NCBI GenBank assembly: GCA_040954595.2
Contig: CM082592.2
Location: forward strand, 4,542,735 to 4,606,734
From: Balanoglossus misakiensis
Lineage: Eukaryota; Animalia; Hemichordata
Length of the DNA: 64,000 bases
Direction: 5' to 3'
Shown here: piece after piece, positions 1-14,266 of the stretch
Numbering within the stretch: the stretch's first letter is position 1
Layout of the letters: each line of letters begins with the position of its first letter
The notes under the pieces: generated by a model
Told to the model about the DNA's origin: nothing
Database searches by the model: none
The model's input: the letters and a program-made list of their open reading frames with translations, nothing else
Program-made: the position numbers and the translations under genes

Positions 1-3000
1 CGCCATCTGGAATGTCAAACAACAATGTCTGGATCAGAACTCCATCTATCAGCACTGTAGAGTCAGGTGCGCACCCCGATTTATCATATTACTAAATAAT
101 ATTGATATGATCAACAACAAATTATAAACACGGCTTAACAAAATGACTGATAATCAGTATATGTAATAACCATATCAATCTGTATGTTTGACATGTAGAC
201 GATGCCCTTGTGACAAATTACCTTTAGGGACAACACATACATGTACTAGTACATTTATTTCAATGTCATTATAACACAAGATTAACTTATCCATCTTGGG
301 GACAACCTAGCAATTGATAACCCATAGAGTCAGTCAAACAACTCACACCCGAATCAATCAGTCTATTAATCAGTTACTGTGACATATTTTGGTCAATGGC
401 AAGTTGACAGCTGATATCAAATTCTATATATATATTCACAATGATATTCATAATGAATAGTCACAATGTGGTCAAAATCAATTGTTGAATATCTCAATTT
501 ACTTGAAAATTAAGACAATGAAACCTAAATCTAGATTTAGGCTTTTCATATTATATCTGACAATGTATCCCTGTAAGAACATCCGTGGCAAGACATAAAT
601 TTCTTGCACAAGTCAACTGTCATTACATACATGTGTTAGATCAGCCTCTTACAACTTTTATGCCGTATCAAATTGGTTTCTTTAGCGACTGCTTAATTCA
701 TGCACACTTTCTGAAATAATTGTGGTTGGCAGTTGCGAGTTCTCGGAAATTTACACTCAAATTCCTGTTTCTTTACGTCAAGAGCTTATGAGATGGACCA
801 TGATTTAAGGATCCCACCAGGAAATTTATAGATGCTGACAAGTGACTCTGGGCTTCTATAAAACAAGTATGTCACATGTGGAGAACTGACGACAGGAATA
901 TCAAGTCCTCAAAAGTAAAAATATTCTCGGGTCAAATAAAGACGGTCAAACCAGGGTGCGGCCACAGGGATATTAATGGTATAATGATTACCAGACGGTT
1001 GGTAATTTCAGCAATATACTGGGTTTGTAAGGTTCTGGAAATCAGGGGTTGCAACTTGTGTGCTTTTATTCAATCAAACAGAACTGACTACGATTTACAA
1101 TAATGGTTTTCCTTGGAAAGATCCATGTATTTTTCTTCTGTTATTGGCAATACATGCCACTGAATTACAGTTAAAATGCTTGAATTCTGGATGGGATGGG
1201 ATACGCCTGGCAGATAATACATGTACATCAGGTACATGAAACTTGTAAGATTACGAAAACAGCAGTTACCTTCCATTTCTGTATCATATTTTAGAATACT
1301 AACATGCAAGAGGATATATACATGTAGCACATGGAACCATGATAATATGGGAATATGCATTCATATACTGTAGATATGGAAGTTATATGACACATGTACA
1401 TTAAAATAATTTTAAAATCTCGAAAATCAACATTCATTTTAAAGACTGTACCATCAAACCACTACATCGCAATGAACAGAAATGAACCAAACACCAGATT
1501 CTTTTTCTGGTCCCAGACTTCAAACCAGGCATCTACTTGATCCACTCGCTCCCGTGATTGCCACGGTGTGGGTGGGAGTCAACATTCGATATAAATTCTA
1601 CGCCGGCAACGCATTAAAATTTTCACGCCATTAAATTATGTGGCAGTGTGTCGGGTCTCGATTTTGTTGCGGTGTGCATAACAGATCATTAATTTCCAAC
1701 GACATGACAGTTTGCTCTCTGAATACATTTATATTCTGCCTGATAGCTTACATAATTCATGCCGTAAACGAGAGTTGATAACCCTTTTTTTACGTAAAAT
1801 AACAGAGTAATATTAATAGACGCAAACAGTGGGCTGATTTTTTTTCTTCACATTTTATCTGCACTGCTGGGGTTATGTGCAACAAACTGTAGGCCAATCA
1901 CTAATCCATGCATAGGCAAGCTGTCTCCATTGATGATTAACCAAAGATCATAATATTAGTCACCAGAAAATAAATGCTGGGCAATCAATAACACAGCACA
2001 CCACTGACATTTACTCGACATTGACAAATAAAGAAGTACACCGATGTGAAACACTATTGATTGATCAGCGATCAATATCAGACAGTAGTAATCAGAGCGG
2101 GGATCAATACCTTCATTTAAAAATCTGATCTGAATGGAAATTCAGCGACAGAGAGAGTGAGAGAGAGAAGAAGAAAAAAACGGGCAAACACGGAATGAAT
2201 TGCGAGCTGATATCCCGGCCGCTCCGAAAAATGAAAAGTAATATAAGAAACGGTGATCAATAATCGCTGGATCTTGACAGTGTAATGAATGGTTTCAATA
2301 TACACGTGCGGTAAATGAGTTTTGGCTAGTTGGGTAAACATTCATCACAATTTGACAGACTCATAGCTAATCACTGGTATTGATTAGGTGGCTCCCCTAC
2401 CACTGCAGCGGGAGAGAGAGAGAAAAAGTAATCAATAAATTGCATCAAGTCTGACGAGAAGAAAACGCCGTGCAGCATGTCCGATTTCGCCGAGCGTGAA
2501 CGAGAGACGGAAGGTTCGGCTGATTTTCAATCATGCCGGGTGTCCATTCTGCAATCTGTATTGATAATTTACAGCTTTTAATACCATGCACTTAATGCGC
2601 AGCCTGAACACGGACTCAACCGGGCGAGCCTTGCAGAATTCAGATTCAGTGTATCTTTCAAACAACGGAAAAAAAAAAGCAACAATGTGCAAACAAGGTT
2701 AAAACCATGCTCATTTTATCTAGTGCTCATTTTTTTCATGAATCTGTGCAATTTTCAGTCAACATCAACAAAATTGCCCAAACACTGTGCATCATATGCA
2801 AACAAAATTACAAACACTAGTGTCATAATTTATGAATGTAATTTCTGTTTCAGTTTCATGAAAGAGAGTCTAGAGAGAGACCATCACACTGAAAACCAAC
2901 AGAACTTATAACTTATGCGACACTTTTAATATGAAAAAAATAATTCAATTTTATTGCATCAAAACACTTTCTGCAGAATATGATTTATTTTCCCACAAAG

Positions 3001-3118
3001 AGATAAAAATATTAATCATGTGGACAGAGACCACAGTGAACTATCTGTTCGCACACTTATCTCAAAATGCAGAGATCTTGTATTGATAATGATAACCTAT
3101 TCAATGTTTTTCTCAGCA

Positions 3119-3300
3119 TTAAAGGTATACGGTCACCTCCAATTTACATATCGCCATATATAGTTGAAATGGCGTATTTGAGTGTTCTAAAGAACACTTT
3201 ATTTTCGCGTGTGCCACCCACTGAAAATCTGTGATTGGTTAGATCTCAATTTACCATGGTAACTGTGGCTAAATTTGTATAGGTGACCGTATACCTTTAA
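3119..3300. mobile_element. Short non-autonomous TIR element (MITE), Kolobok/T2-like
   Basis: Perfect inverted ends TTAAAGGTATACGGTCACCT (3119-3138) and AGGTGACCGTATACCTTTAA (3281-3300), i.e. TTAA target duplication with AGG termini; no coding capacity. Confidence 0.75.
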
Positions 3301-4309
3301 TTGTTTCTAGTCCGTTTCGCGCCATTCCTAGCATACAGGTACATTGATGCAGTATCTGATTGCGAGCCTGGCTATTTCAACTCAAATTGAAATCCGATGC
3401 ATTCACCAATTCTCAACCCAGGCTTCCTTGAATCAATAGCCCCGCGAAAAGTAACGTTAAACTATGAATTGGTATAAATTTACCACTTTTCATCTGATAA
3501 ACCAGCTGACAACACAGCGCCATTGATTTGCATTGTGCGACAAATGTTTTTTGTAATATGTGGGTAAACATGGTGGGACGTACAAGGCAATCCAGTGCCA
3601 GTCCGTATGTGTATGGCATCAGCTGGGTCATGTGATTATTTTTAATAATATAATGGACGCGACAGACGTCACAGTGTAGGGACACATGTACTAACGCTGA
3701 ATGTAAAAACAACCAATAAAATGGACTGGTTGCATACGTTACAAGCATGGGAATTAATGCACAGTATGCATGGTCCAAATCATAAAAAAAATATGTGGAT
3801 AAATACATCAGCTCTGTTACCCATCAGAACTTTTGCGTCCAACAACCAAACCTCCTCTTGGCGGGAATTCCTTCAAAGGCAGTGTTTTCAATGCTAAAAT
3901 TCGCACATAGGCAGATTTCACTGGTTTGCAACCACACCAGTGAAATTTACACTCTTTTATACCCTTCACCCATGGACATCATTTCCAGATTTGTTTTTAA
4001 AAAGCTGGTTTCAATTTAAAAATGGCCACATTCAAAACATCACAAACCGTAAAATTTTACGCCCAACGCACTCTCAGACACAGTTTGAACTTTTGAATGA
4101 TGGGGCCAAATTAAATAAATCAATCACATTTTGAGCCACTCTAGTATTTGCTGCTAAGTACCAGAATTTTTTTCCCAGACATGTCTCACCAAATAAAAGA
4201 CGGTTCTTTTTTTGTTAAGCTTGAAGTGTGTAATTTCTGTGATCACTCTTCCAACTTCTCCTTGTTTTTCGGATTCATTATCGCCCGGGATTAAATTACA
4301 GGAGCTAGT

Positions 4310-4412
4310 ATCAATCAATAATGCACACTGGTCAATAAACGCAATAGCGCACAGAAATCAATAAATCAATAACATATGCAATCAATAAATCAATAAAATA
4401 TGCAGATCAATA
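4310..4412. promoter_or_regulatory. Homotypic cluster of ATCAAT(A) motifs in the CUX1 intron
   Basis: About 7 ATCAAT copies in ~100 bp; ATCRAT is the core site of CUT-domain factors. Function is inferred. Confidence 0.45.
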
Positions 4413-7354
4413 CAGCAATATGGCAAAACACTATGCGTTTATGTTGTTGCAAACTCACAACAGGCACATCGAGTTCAACCAAATGCTTGTCTCTAAAACA
4501 AAAACATTGTCGTTAAAAATCAGACAGATTTGTGGCATTCTTGGGACATGGAAGAGTGCTTGCAATTTGTTGTCATGTCTTGGGAGGGATAAAACAAAAA
4601 TGTACTCAACACCTGATAGAACTGAATATTTGGCTGTGGCAAAGTCAAATACTTGCATTTTGTTGTCATATTTTGGGGGAATCATATTCAACATCAGATA
4701 GAACTGGAAATTTGGCTGCAGTCAAAAGTATAGAAAATGAGTATGACGAAATTCGAGTTGACATTTGACATTCAATCTCATCGTGTCTGCTTTGCAAAAA
4801 TGGCCTCCACCATCCATCATTCACAAAGTTCACATGCTCAAAGATCAGTATTTCAAGACATTTTACGTTCTTTTCCACTATGAATTTATTGGAAAGCCCT
4901 GACATTGAAATTCCATTTTACAGGAATGATTATACAGCAATTGTGCCAAACGCTTTTTATGATAAATAACATCTTGTGGCAGAGTGAAACATTCCCCGGA
5001 CATTTCAATTACTATCATGGGGGAGGGGGGAGTCAAGGTGTTAAAACTCAACAGTTTACAGGGTCACGTATGAACCCTAGAATTAGTCACTGCTGACTAT
5101 GACAAAATCAATGGAACAGCCACCTTCACCTTACTAATGCAACTATCCCGCGAATCTTTATCAACAGTTGATCAAAGAACTGTTGCTTGATCATGTCGGG
5201 AGATTTTCCCATAACGAGCAAATTTCCTCCCAGTGACCTTGGATGGCCACGATCCCTTGTGCGCCACTTAGATAATAAGACTAGATGATATCATCAGGGA
5301 GCTTGATCAAGTGGAAATTACTAACAATAATGACTGGGTGCCCTTATTGGGCAAAGTAATAGAGACCCCATTTGTCAGCTGGCTCTTATCACTGTCCCGT
5401 TCGTTTCACTTTCTCACGAGTTTTAATCTCTGTATGATCGGCTGTGACAAGCTGTACGATGCCGATAAGAACAGAAGAACCGCAAGTCACTCTCTTGGCT
5501 CCCAAATCCCTACTCCTTTCTAAGACAAGTTGTCATCCTTCTGTGTGTTTTTTTTAAACTCGCACACCTCACAAGTTCCCCCCCCCCCTCCTCAGGTATT
5601 CATGCGTCGAAATCACAGCAGCTTTTGCATCAAAGCGGGATCTACAATATTTTGCGACTACAATATAATCTGTACCATGCACAAAAAATTAAAGATTTAA
5701 CACCATTGACCACTTCTATAGGTTATATTAGAACAAGAAAATTTGATCTTTGTGGGCTGATCTTTGTTCGAACATGAAAGTGGAAAGGGACCTCCTTAGA
5801 AAATAGAAATTCAGTGAATATTACGCAACCATAAAATAATCGACTTAATTTATGGAATAGATTTCAATATTCTCAGCAATTTCTTTCCGGTGGTAGCACA
5901 GATCTGAGCAGCAATTACTTGCCTTCTGCAGTTTCTGGCTCTATATTTTATCTGGGAAATATAACCAGTAATTACCTTACATAGGATAAAACTTTGCATA
6001 ATCCATCACCCCTGGCTGGCCATTTCCTTATTCTCATTCATTATCTCTCAACATTATCGTTTCTAGGACGAGGCCATCAGATTACGGAATATCCTGATCC
6101 TGGATGTCTGCATGGTATGGGTGACCAAACTTTTCATTTGACCCTCTTCTTTCTGACACAAGACTTGCTTTACACCAGTTTCCGAACTCAATGAGACCAT
6201 GTGAGATCTCGCATGGCTAGGCCGTTTACATGTGTATGGGAGGATAAAATCATGTAACACAGGACTAAGGACACATGGCCAGTCGTTTTAAACAGAACCA
6301 CAGTTGCATTTTTTGTTAAACTCTGCTCCTATTTGAGTTTCAATGCAATGCTTGACTTGTATTACTCAGGTAGCAACCTGTTGCTAAGATGATTAGCCTT
6401 GTCTCGCGAGATCTAGCAATGAGCAGAAAATCCAGCTACAGGTGTATTGGTGTTTCCTTTACGTTTTAGTCAGTTGGGGGTCAATAAATAAGCGACTGAA
6501 TATTGTCATGTTTCAAGGGTACATATTTCAACCTGGGACATCTGCAAAGGGGAGGGGCAGTGAGTATCCAGATTTTGATTATTGTGCATGGGGGTGGTGG
6601 GGGTGGTGACACAGAAATGAGAAATTTCAAATGCTCATTCCTTTTTCTCCGCTGGGATTTTACAAAACCCACAGGAGAGATCTTGCTGGTTATATAACAG
6701 TGGACATCTTGTCTCTGCTCTTGCAGACATATTCTGAACTGTGGATCTTGGCAGCGTGGCATGTAATGTAGGTGTGACATGACCAGATGAACAACACAAC
6801 TTCTGCATTAGTGACATCGTTGTGGAAATTACACCACACTCTGAGACACGTTTTGCTTAAAACACACAGAATACGAGTCTTAACACTGTGTTCCCTACTT
6901 CGTTTCTGCAAAATGAGGGTGCGGCGTAATTACCTGGATGGAGCTAATGCATTTCTTCCTCAACTCATCAATAATTATGTCATATTAGTTACAAATGATG
7001 TCTACAAGCAGGGTTTCTGATGCTCATATTGCAGTGTGCAATACAAGTGCTGGGTCAAAGGTCAACATGCAAATTACCATGCTTGGCTGCCACTTTCCTG
7101 CGCCAAACTCATTTGTGAACGTATTTAAGATATGTGTCAGCTTTTTTTGACAACATCCAGCATTCCACTACTGAATAAACCTAGTAACTGGAAATTTTTT
7201 CAGGGGGTTTGAATTTTTTCTCCTCGAGTAGACAATAATCAATACCAATTTTTCCTGGACAGGTTTACAGAAGGTACTGACTGTTCTTTTATGCTAAATA
7301 AATGTTTTTTTACAGAAATTTCAATAATTTCTGAAAAATAACTGCTGTCCTTAC

Positions 7355-10300
7355 CTGGCACGTCGATGAATTTCTTGTACACAGAAAGGAAGGCAGCTTC
7401 AGCAGCTTTGCTTCTCTTCGACAAGGAATCAACTTCTAGCTGGAAGCTTTTCAAGAGAGGTGCCACCATTTTGCGGACATCCTACAGAGCAAAAAATCCA
7501 ATATCTCAATGTTGGGCAATTCATCATGTTTCAAGACTTCAAACAAGAAACTGCAGTACATACACAAACCCAAAGTACTGTAAACATAGCGAAAAGTTAC
7601 AGCTAATGAAGCTTCAACATACATAGTTACAAATTGGCCCTAATTGAACTTGCAATGGCCTTCAGAAATGCGAGTGTCTGGATAGAAAACTATCCAAGCA
7701 TTAAAAAAATGATGCTACAATCTGAAAATCTCGAGAGGATGTATTGTTTCACTGGTACTAACCAAAATTCATACAGTTGTCATGGCAGTGAAACACACTA
7801 CAGTAAGAGAATTGAACACACAACTATTCAACAATATAAATGTTAAATGAAATGCATACTTCCTGTGGCAATAAAACAAGGTTAGTCAAGAGTGAAATCA
7901 ACTTTCCAGGTGAGTGATATTAAAAAGATTTAGAGTTTGCCTTGACAAGAACCCACTGTACTACATGTACTTTAACAGTACTGCATGTTCCCACATGGCA
8001 TAATCACTATGTTTGGATAAAAAATTAAACATTTAATGGCACTAGTCCAAAGAATGTGCTTTATTAATTTAAAAATCTCCTCTTACTTTAATGATCACTA
8101 GACATATTTGACTCAACTGCTGTAAGTCCTCACTTTCTGGCACGCAAAGGGTCAGAGGTTAATATGCAAATTAGTCTCACATTTATCCCAGCATGCATGC
8201 TGTCAACAAGGAAGACTGTGAATTTTCCTATGTTTGAGTGTGATGTTTGGATAGGAAATGTGTCTCTTCAAAAATAACAAATTGGTTGACATGTTTGTAC
8301 ATGCATCTGTACAACCTGATTTTGCAATTGATGAAGTGGGTCTGTGGGAATACTTTTATCATCATCAAATTTAGTAAAATATCTATAATGTCATCAAAAT
8401 TATGACCAAAAATATACATACGTAATTTTATTATGTAGAACCCATTGAAATGTACACCTATGTCCAACTTCACATGTTTAAGTTGTCACGGGTGAAATAC
8501 ACACAAAGAAAATTAAAATTAATAACGAAGGCTGAATTTGAGGATTAAAGACAAACTGCCGTTTAAAAAAGTTGACATTACCTCAGGAGTATTTTTCTTA
8601 AATTCTCTTGACTGTTCTACAAGTCTCTTCCTGGACGAGTCACTTTCATCCTGTCGGTTTGCAAGATCTGTGGCTGCGGTGTCCAGTTCCCTCTGAAAGA
8701 AAGAAGAACACAGACCCATATTATTCACTGTCTGTAGAATCTGACTGGGTTTAAACTATTTTCCAGCGTTTGTTCAAGAAACTGTACATCAAGTCGTAGA
8801 ACGTCCCCTTCAGGGCTTGATTGTGGACAGTGCAGTATTGGGACTTTATACCCCCTTATTAAAATGAAATGTTGCAAAATATATTATTTTTCAAAAAAAA
8901 TTAATCATATACGATCGCATGGGAAATCACTTTAAAGCCTTTCCCGATCACAGATGTTCCAATCAATTTTCCAGGAGTTTCCAGTGGCGAACTGCATTTT
9001 CCAGACTTTCAAGGACTTTTCCAGAAGCCATTTCAAATTCCGGGACTTTCAAGGACTCACTTCAGGAGTCTACAAAAGCCGGCAAAACAACGGACAACAA
9101 AGAAAGGCCCAGGAAGGCCACTTTCTATCAAACAAACTTCATGCACACACAAAGCAAAATATGGAAGGAAGGAAAACTTGATACTTTGCCTGATTTCCAT
9201 CATCAATGTCGCATAGTTGACAAACAATTATGTCACCCCAGGCATGTGTTCATAGCTAACTTCCCACTTCAACCCTGTACTTCGCATATCCCTGGCCTAT
9301 CAGTTACAATTGATTTTTTATTGATTATGCACACCCCATCGGCTTGCATGTTTAATGGTGGTCAGGTCACCATATGAATCTATCACCAGAAAACGCACGC
9401 CAGTTAATAAAGAAAAACTCTGCCCAATAGTAAGAATTCAACACTTATTTCGAGATAACAGAAACTGAAATACAAAACTGTGTTTTATACACCACATAAT
9501 GTACATCATCACAGAAACTTACAAAAAATTTGCTAAATACACAAACTGTTATAAGCATCCAACAGTGCTTGTACATCTGAAGTTACATGTCCTAACAGAA
9601 CCTGAAATACAAAACTATACTTTTATAATGAATTGTGACAAGAGGGCAAATCTGCATGTGTTGTGACAAAATATGGCGGTGTGCAGAGAGCACCCACGGA
9701 CTGACCACCCAGACACAATACACAATGATTAATATTCGAGTTCCAATACTCCCACATATATCAATGCTGGTGATCACTGACGTCAAAATGGATGCGGATT
9801 CCTGTTCTTTGAATAAAGTCTGATGCAATGATAGAGCTGGCTGTCTACACTATTTTAGATTGTCTTCTGCAAACTGTTCAGCATATTGCGGGTTTTTAGA
9901 ATGAATCGTAAACACTCATTTGATTGTTTGTTAGGGAGACGTTTTAGATTTGTGAAAAAGAACAAAACCTACAGGGTAATAAAATATAAAACTGTCATTC
10001 AGATTTCCAAAGCACACAAAAGATCATGTACATGCATAAAACACATTTTTCCATGCTTGCTTTATGTATCAATGCTGTATAAATTTAAGAAATCTGGAAG
10101 AAAACTGATCTAAGAAATGTTACAATTGCCATGACACCTGATATGGCTGTCTGCAGGAGACTAAAAGTGTCAATAGCATCGACGACATTTCATCAAAATA
10201 GAATTTCTCATACATTTAGAATATATGGGTCATTTTAGTACATACTTCAAGAGTTTTGGAATGATAAAAAATACCTCAAGATGGTACAACTTCAATATAG

Positions 10301-11897
10301 TAGCCATAAATTCTTGTCAAGTCCATACTTTTTTGATTGTCTATGTTGTTACATATACATATATGTCATAAGATGAATGTATGGCAATATATTATTGCAG
10401 TTGCTGAGCACAGCTCACATTTCAGAGGCGGAGCAGCAATTCTTTTAAACTTTCCAAATTTGTTACTCGAGAGGCAAATATTTGGAAGGAAACAAGAGAA
10501 ATTTACAATAAAATACGTAATGAAGTCAAGTAGCAGCTGTTCACCTTGACGTTTCTTTTAATATCAGAGAAATTCAATTGCAATAGCCCCTGGTGGCCTT
10601 TAAATCAATGTTTACCTTTATTTTCACTATAAAGTGAAAGTTCATGCATGGTGCTGTAACTGAAGAATGCTCACAACTTATCTTAGGGCAAATTTGGTGC
10701 GCCAGTACATGTACAGTTCTATCTTACACCAGCTCACAACACAGACAAAATATCAAGGCTCAACTCCAACTTCACAATTATTTTCTCAAAAACAATCACT
10801 CCAAGCAAGTTGTATTGGTTGATTAGTTGATACATGTATACCAATCATTTGTCCATTTCTTCCACACTCACTCTGCCTTTTAAAAACACAGATGGCAAAA
10901 CAAACCAAAACAAAAAAATGTATGTCACACTGCACAAAGTGAGAGAAAGTGGATGAAAACCCTCCCCTTTAAAGGTCAAAGATCAACTTTCGAAAACAGT
11001 CTCTCGTTGATTTCAGTGTCACTTTGGTTTTATATTTCATGCACTCTGGTTTCTACTGAAACGGACATTCGGGACTGAAGGCTGAAATCCTTATTTTCGA
11101 AGTTGAGCCTACTTGCACACTGTTAGCTTGGCTCAGATATCGATTGAATATGGAAATTGGCTGAACACTGGGAGTTATTATAATTGACTCGCTATCAATC
11201 AGTCAATAATATTGATCTGTTATTTATGCATCATTAGTATGCAAAACCCATCGATGATCAAAATAAAATTGAACGCGCCGCACCATTTTTTTCCTTCTGC
11301 CTGTCGAGCGATTTTTATTTCGCAAGCTCCAAAATATCCGTGACACCAATGAATTCCGTGGAAACAACGAGGCAAGAACCGCGGATAAGTTTTTAGAGCA
11401 AAATCAAAACGAACGATGGCGCGACACGTTGAACACAACACACTCCCACGTATACACTACACTACAGGCGTCTGACGTCTCGCTGAACTGTGCGACTCGA
11501 GTGGGGTCATCAAAGATGAAGAAATTACACTTACTATCTTCGACAAACTTTCTCAAACTTTGGAAGGCACGAAAGTGGACCCAGGTGCCGCCCGATCCGG
11601 TCCCAGTTCTTTCGCTCTTCATTTCAGAGACGTATTTGACGTGTAACTTTATTTACGCCAGCGCTTTTGTTCTCCAAAGACATTCGTCATTTTATTGATC
11701 TTTTTCTGATAGGCTATGATCAATCATATTTTCAGGGCGCGTTTGTACGCCCTTCCTGCGGACAAAACTCGGCCACACTCACTCTGTCCGATCAGTAGTC
11801 TCTATGCTAAACCTTGACGGAAAATGCTTACCTGTAGTTGTGGCAAATCGAAAGTTTTCCAATACTGGTTCATCGATGCCAAATTGGCCGCAGCCAT
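7355..11897 (-). CDS. CUX1: CUX1/CASP (cut-like homeobox / Golgi CASP shared N-terminus), first three coding exons; gene continues off the left edge
   Basis: Exons 11897-11832, 8692-8582 and 7481-7355, with GT-AG boundaries, splice to [101 protein letters not shown]. This closely matches the known CUX1/CASP N-terminus. Positions 1-7354 are read as a long intron. Confidence 0.93.
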
Positions 11898-12190
11898 CTT
11901 GATCTCTTCTCTCTTCACTGCTCCACGAATGCAATCTCGCCGTACGCGAGAGTGTCCTGAGTTACACGAGACAAATCTCATTCCATTTTTCGAGAGGATG
12001 TTTAAACCGTAGACATATCCTACTAAGATACGCGCAAGTATACGGATACGACGTTGAGGAAATTGGCAAAGTTAAGAATACTATATTCACAAAATCCAAA
12101 CACGATTCAACCACATATTTTTCATCAATTTCAAAACCCATTCTCCTCCAGCATAGCTGCCCCACCCCATGAAAAATTGGCATATTCAAA
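11898..12190. promoter_or_regulatory. Bidirectional promoter CUX1/NUP88
   Basis: Divergent ATGs ~293 bp apart; locally CpG-rich; YY1-like AAGATGGCTGC and AAAATGGCG motifs overlap the two start codons. Confidence 0.7.
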
Positions 12191-12642
12191 ATGGCGACTT
12201 CCTCATGGCGGTCTGCTTTGAACACTCATCCAGTTTTTGACGTTTTACGGGAAAGAGAAGGCGTCGAAGGCGCAGGTGACGCACAAATAAATTCACAGCA
12301 GTTGCTGGCGGTGAAAGACGGCGACCTGTTCATTTGGGATCACCGCAAAGTTGCCATTTTGACAGTTAACTTGAAAAATTTACTTGAGCCGGAGTCTGAG
12401 AGAAGTCGTACTTATCAGGTGAGGAGTTGTTTTGATTTCATCTCATGAGAAATGATGTAACATTTCACTGCAAACCCACTGTTTATGATTGCTTGTGGTG
12501 CGTGTCTACTGCTATGGAAAAATGTTGCATTTTCCTCGTATTGAATTTAGCGTAATTAAACCACTGCTGTTGTACTAAAGGTTCTGGGAATCGTTTTCAA
12601 TAGTGAAACTGAAAGAAACATTTTTTAAATCATCATCATCAA

Positions 12643-12707
<65 letters not shown>

Positions 12708-14142
12708 CCATCATCATATTAACAGCAGTCAATTTTCACTTCATGTCTTTATTGTGAAATGCAATATTGATTGTTGTTTAATAATGATTGGGGTGCATAT
12801 TTTCTTTGGTGTTAATGAGATGTTCTGAGTCGCTTTTGGCATGATTTTATCGGTATGCCCTTTTACCCAACACACAAGACCACTATATACGGCTCTGATT
12901 GGCATATGGCTGTGTGTTGTTACCAACTTCAAGGTGCATCCAGTAACAACACAGCCCTGCCACACAGAGCTAAATATACAGGGAATAACAATTTTTTTGT
13001 ACATTTGTGTCTCCTTCATTTTTGTTTCAGACATTATTATGCATCAATCCACCTCTCTTTAAAGTGACTCGTATTGAGATTAACAGTACTGGAAACCTGA
13101 TCGCGTTGATCGGAGACCATGGAGCGAGTTTGTTGGAATTACCAAGACGTTGGGGAAAATATGCAGATTTTGAAGGTGGAAAAGCAAGAATTAGTTGCAG
13201 GTGACAAAACAAATCTGGACAAACTCATTATCCCCTGTCTTATCTTAATGTGAATAATGTTGTCTTGCCAAAGAAGGTTTGCTCTGTGCTTACTCAGTCA
13301 TACAAAGTCTGATCACATCATCAGATCTTGACTGTTCAGACTGAAAAATCTTCTGAATTATGAGTGTAATGTTTGGTTTCAGAACAACAACTGTTGCAGA
13401 GAGATTCTTCACAACGCACCAGTCAGTGTCTCTGTTGCAGGCGCAGTGGTATCCAGGCAGCAAAACCGACAGTCACCTCGTGGTCTTGACATCAGATAAT
13501 TTATTAAGGTGGGTTAATTCGTGTTACGTGATAGTCGGAATGAATCATGAAAAAGAAATACAAACTTCCACCACACTTTGAAAACTTTCACTCCTGTTTC
13601 CTGATGACCGAGACTGAAACTTCTGAATAAAAACAAAAGAATCTGCTTGAGATCACCTAATGAAAGAAGTACGGCCATATACGATTTACCTGCATAATTG
13701 TATACAAACTTTTTAATCTCTACAGAGTGTACGATGTCAATGACGCTCAAAACGCTTACCAAATCTACCCACTTGGGGAGTCGCCGAGCAACACATCCCT
13801 GCTGGCCACATTTGACGAAGTACTGGGAGACATAGCTGTATCCTTTGACTTTGGGGAACCCATAGAATCGCCAACGAATCTAGAATCGACACCCCTCAGT
13901 CTGAAGGACCAAACCAATGTCATCTATCCCGTGTACATTCTGAGGGGCAATGGAGATGTTTTCTATTTGACTATGTCAGTCGGAGAGCAGAGGTATGTTT
14001 CTAGCACCGTGTAAACTTTTATAGTTGCGATTTCCTTGTTTGTGTCACAGATATGCAGTCTACTGGTATGCATAATGGTGGTGGGGGGGGGGGGGTGGGG
14101 GGTGGAAGACAATGATGGTGATGATGATGATGATGATGATAT

Positions 14143-14203
<61 letters not shown>

Positions 14204-14205
14204 AT

Positions 14206-14266
<61 letters not shown>

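Noticed and set aside
8919-9377. 152-aa plus-strand ORF in CUX1 intron 1
   Set aside because: Overlaps short reiterated GACTTTCAAGGAC motifs typical of a transposon-end remnant; no recognisable domain, and element boundaries could not be defined.
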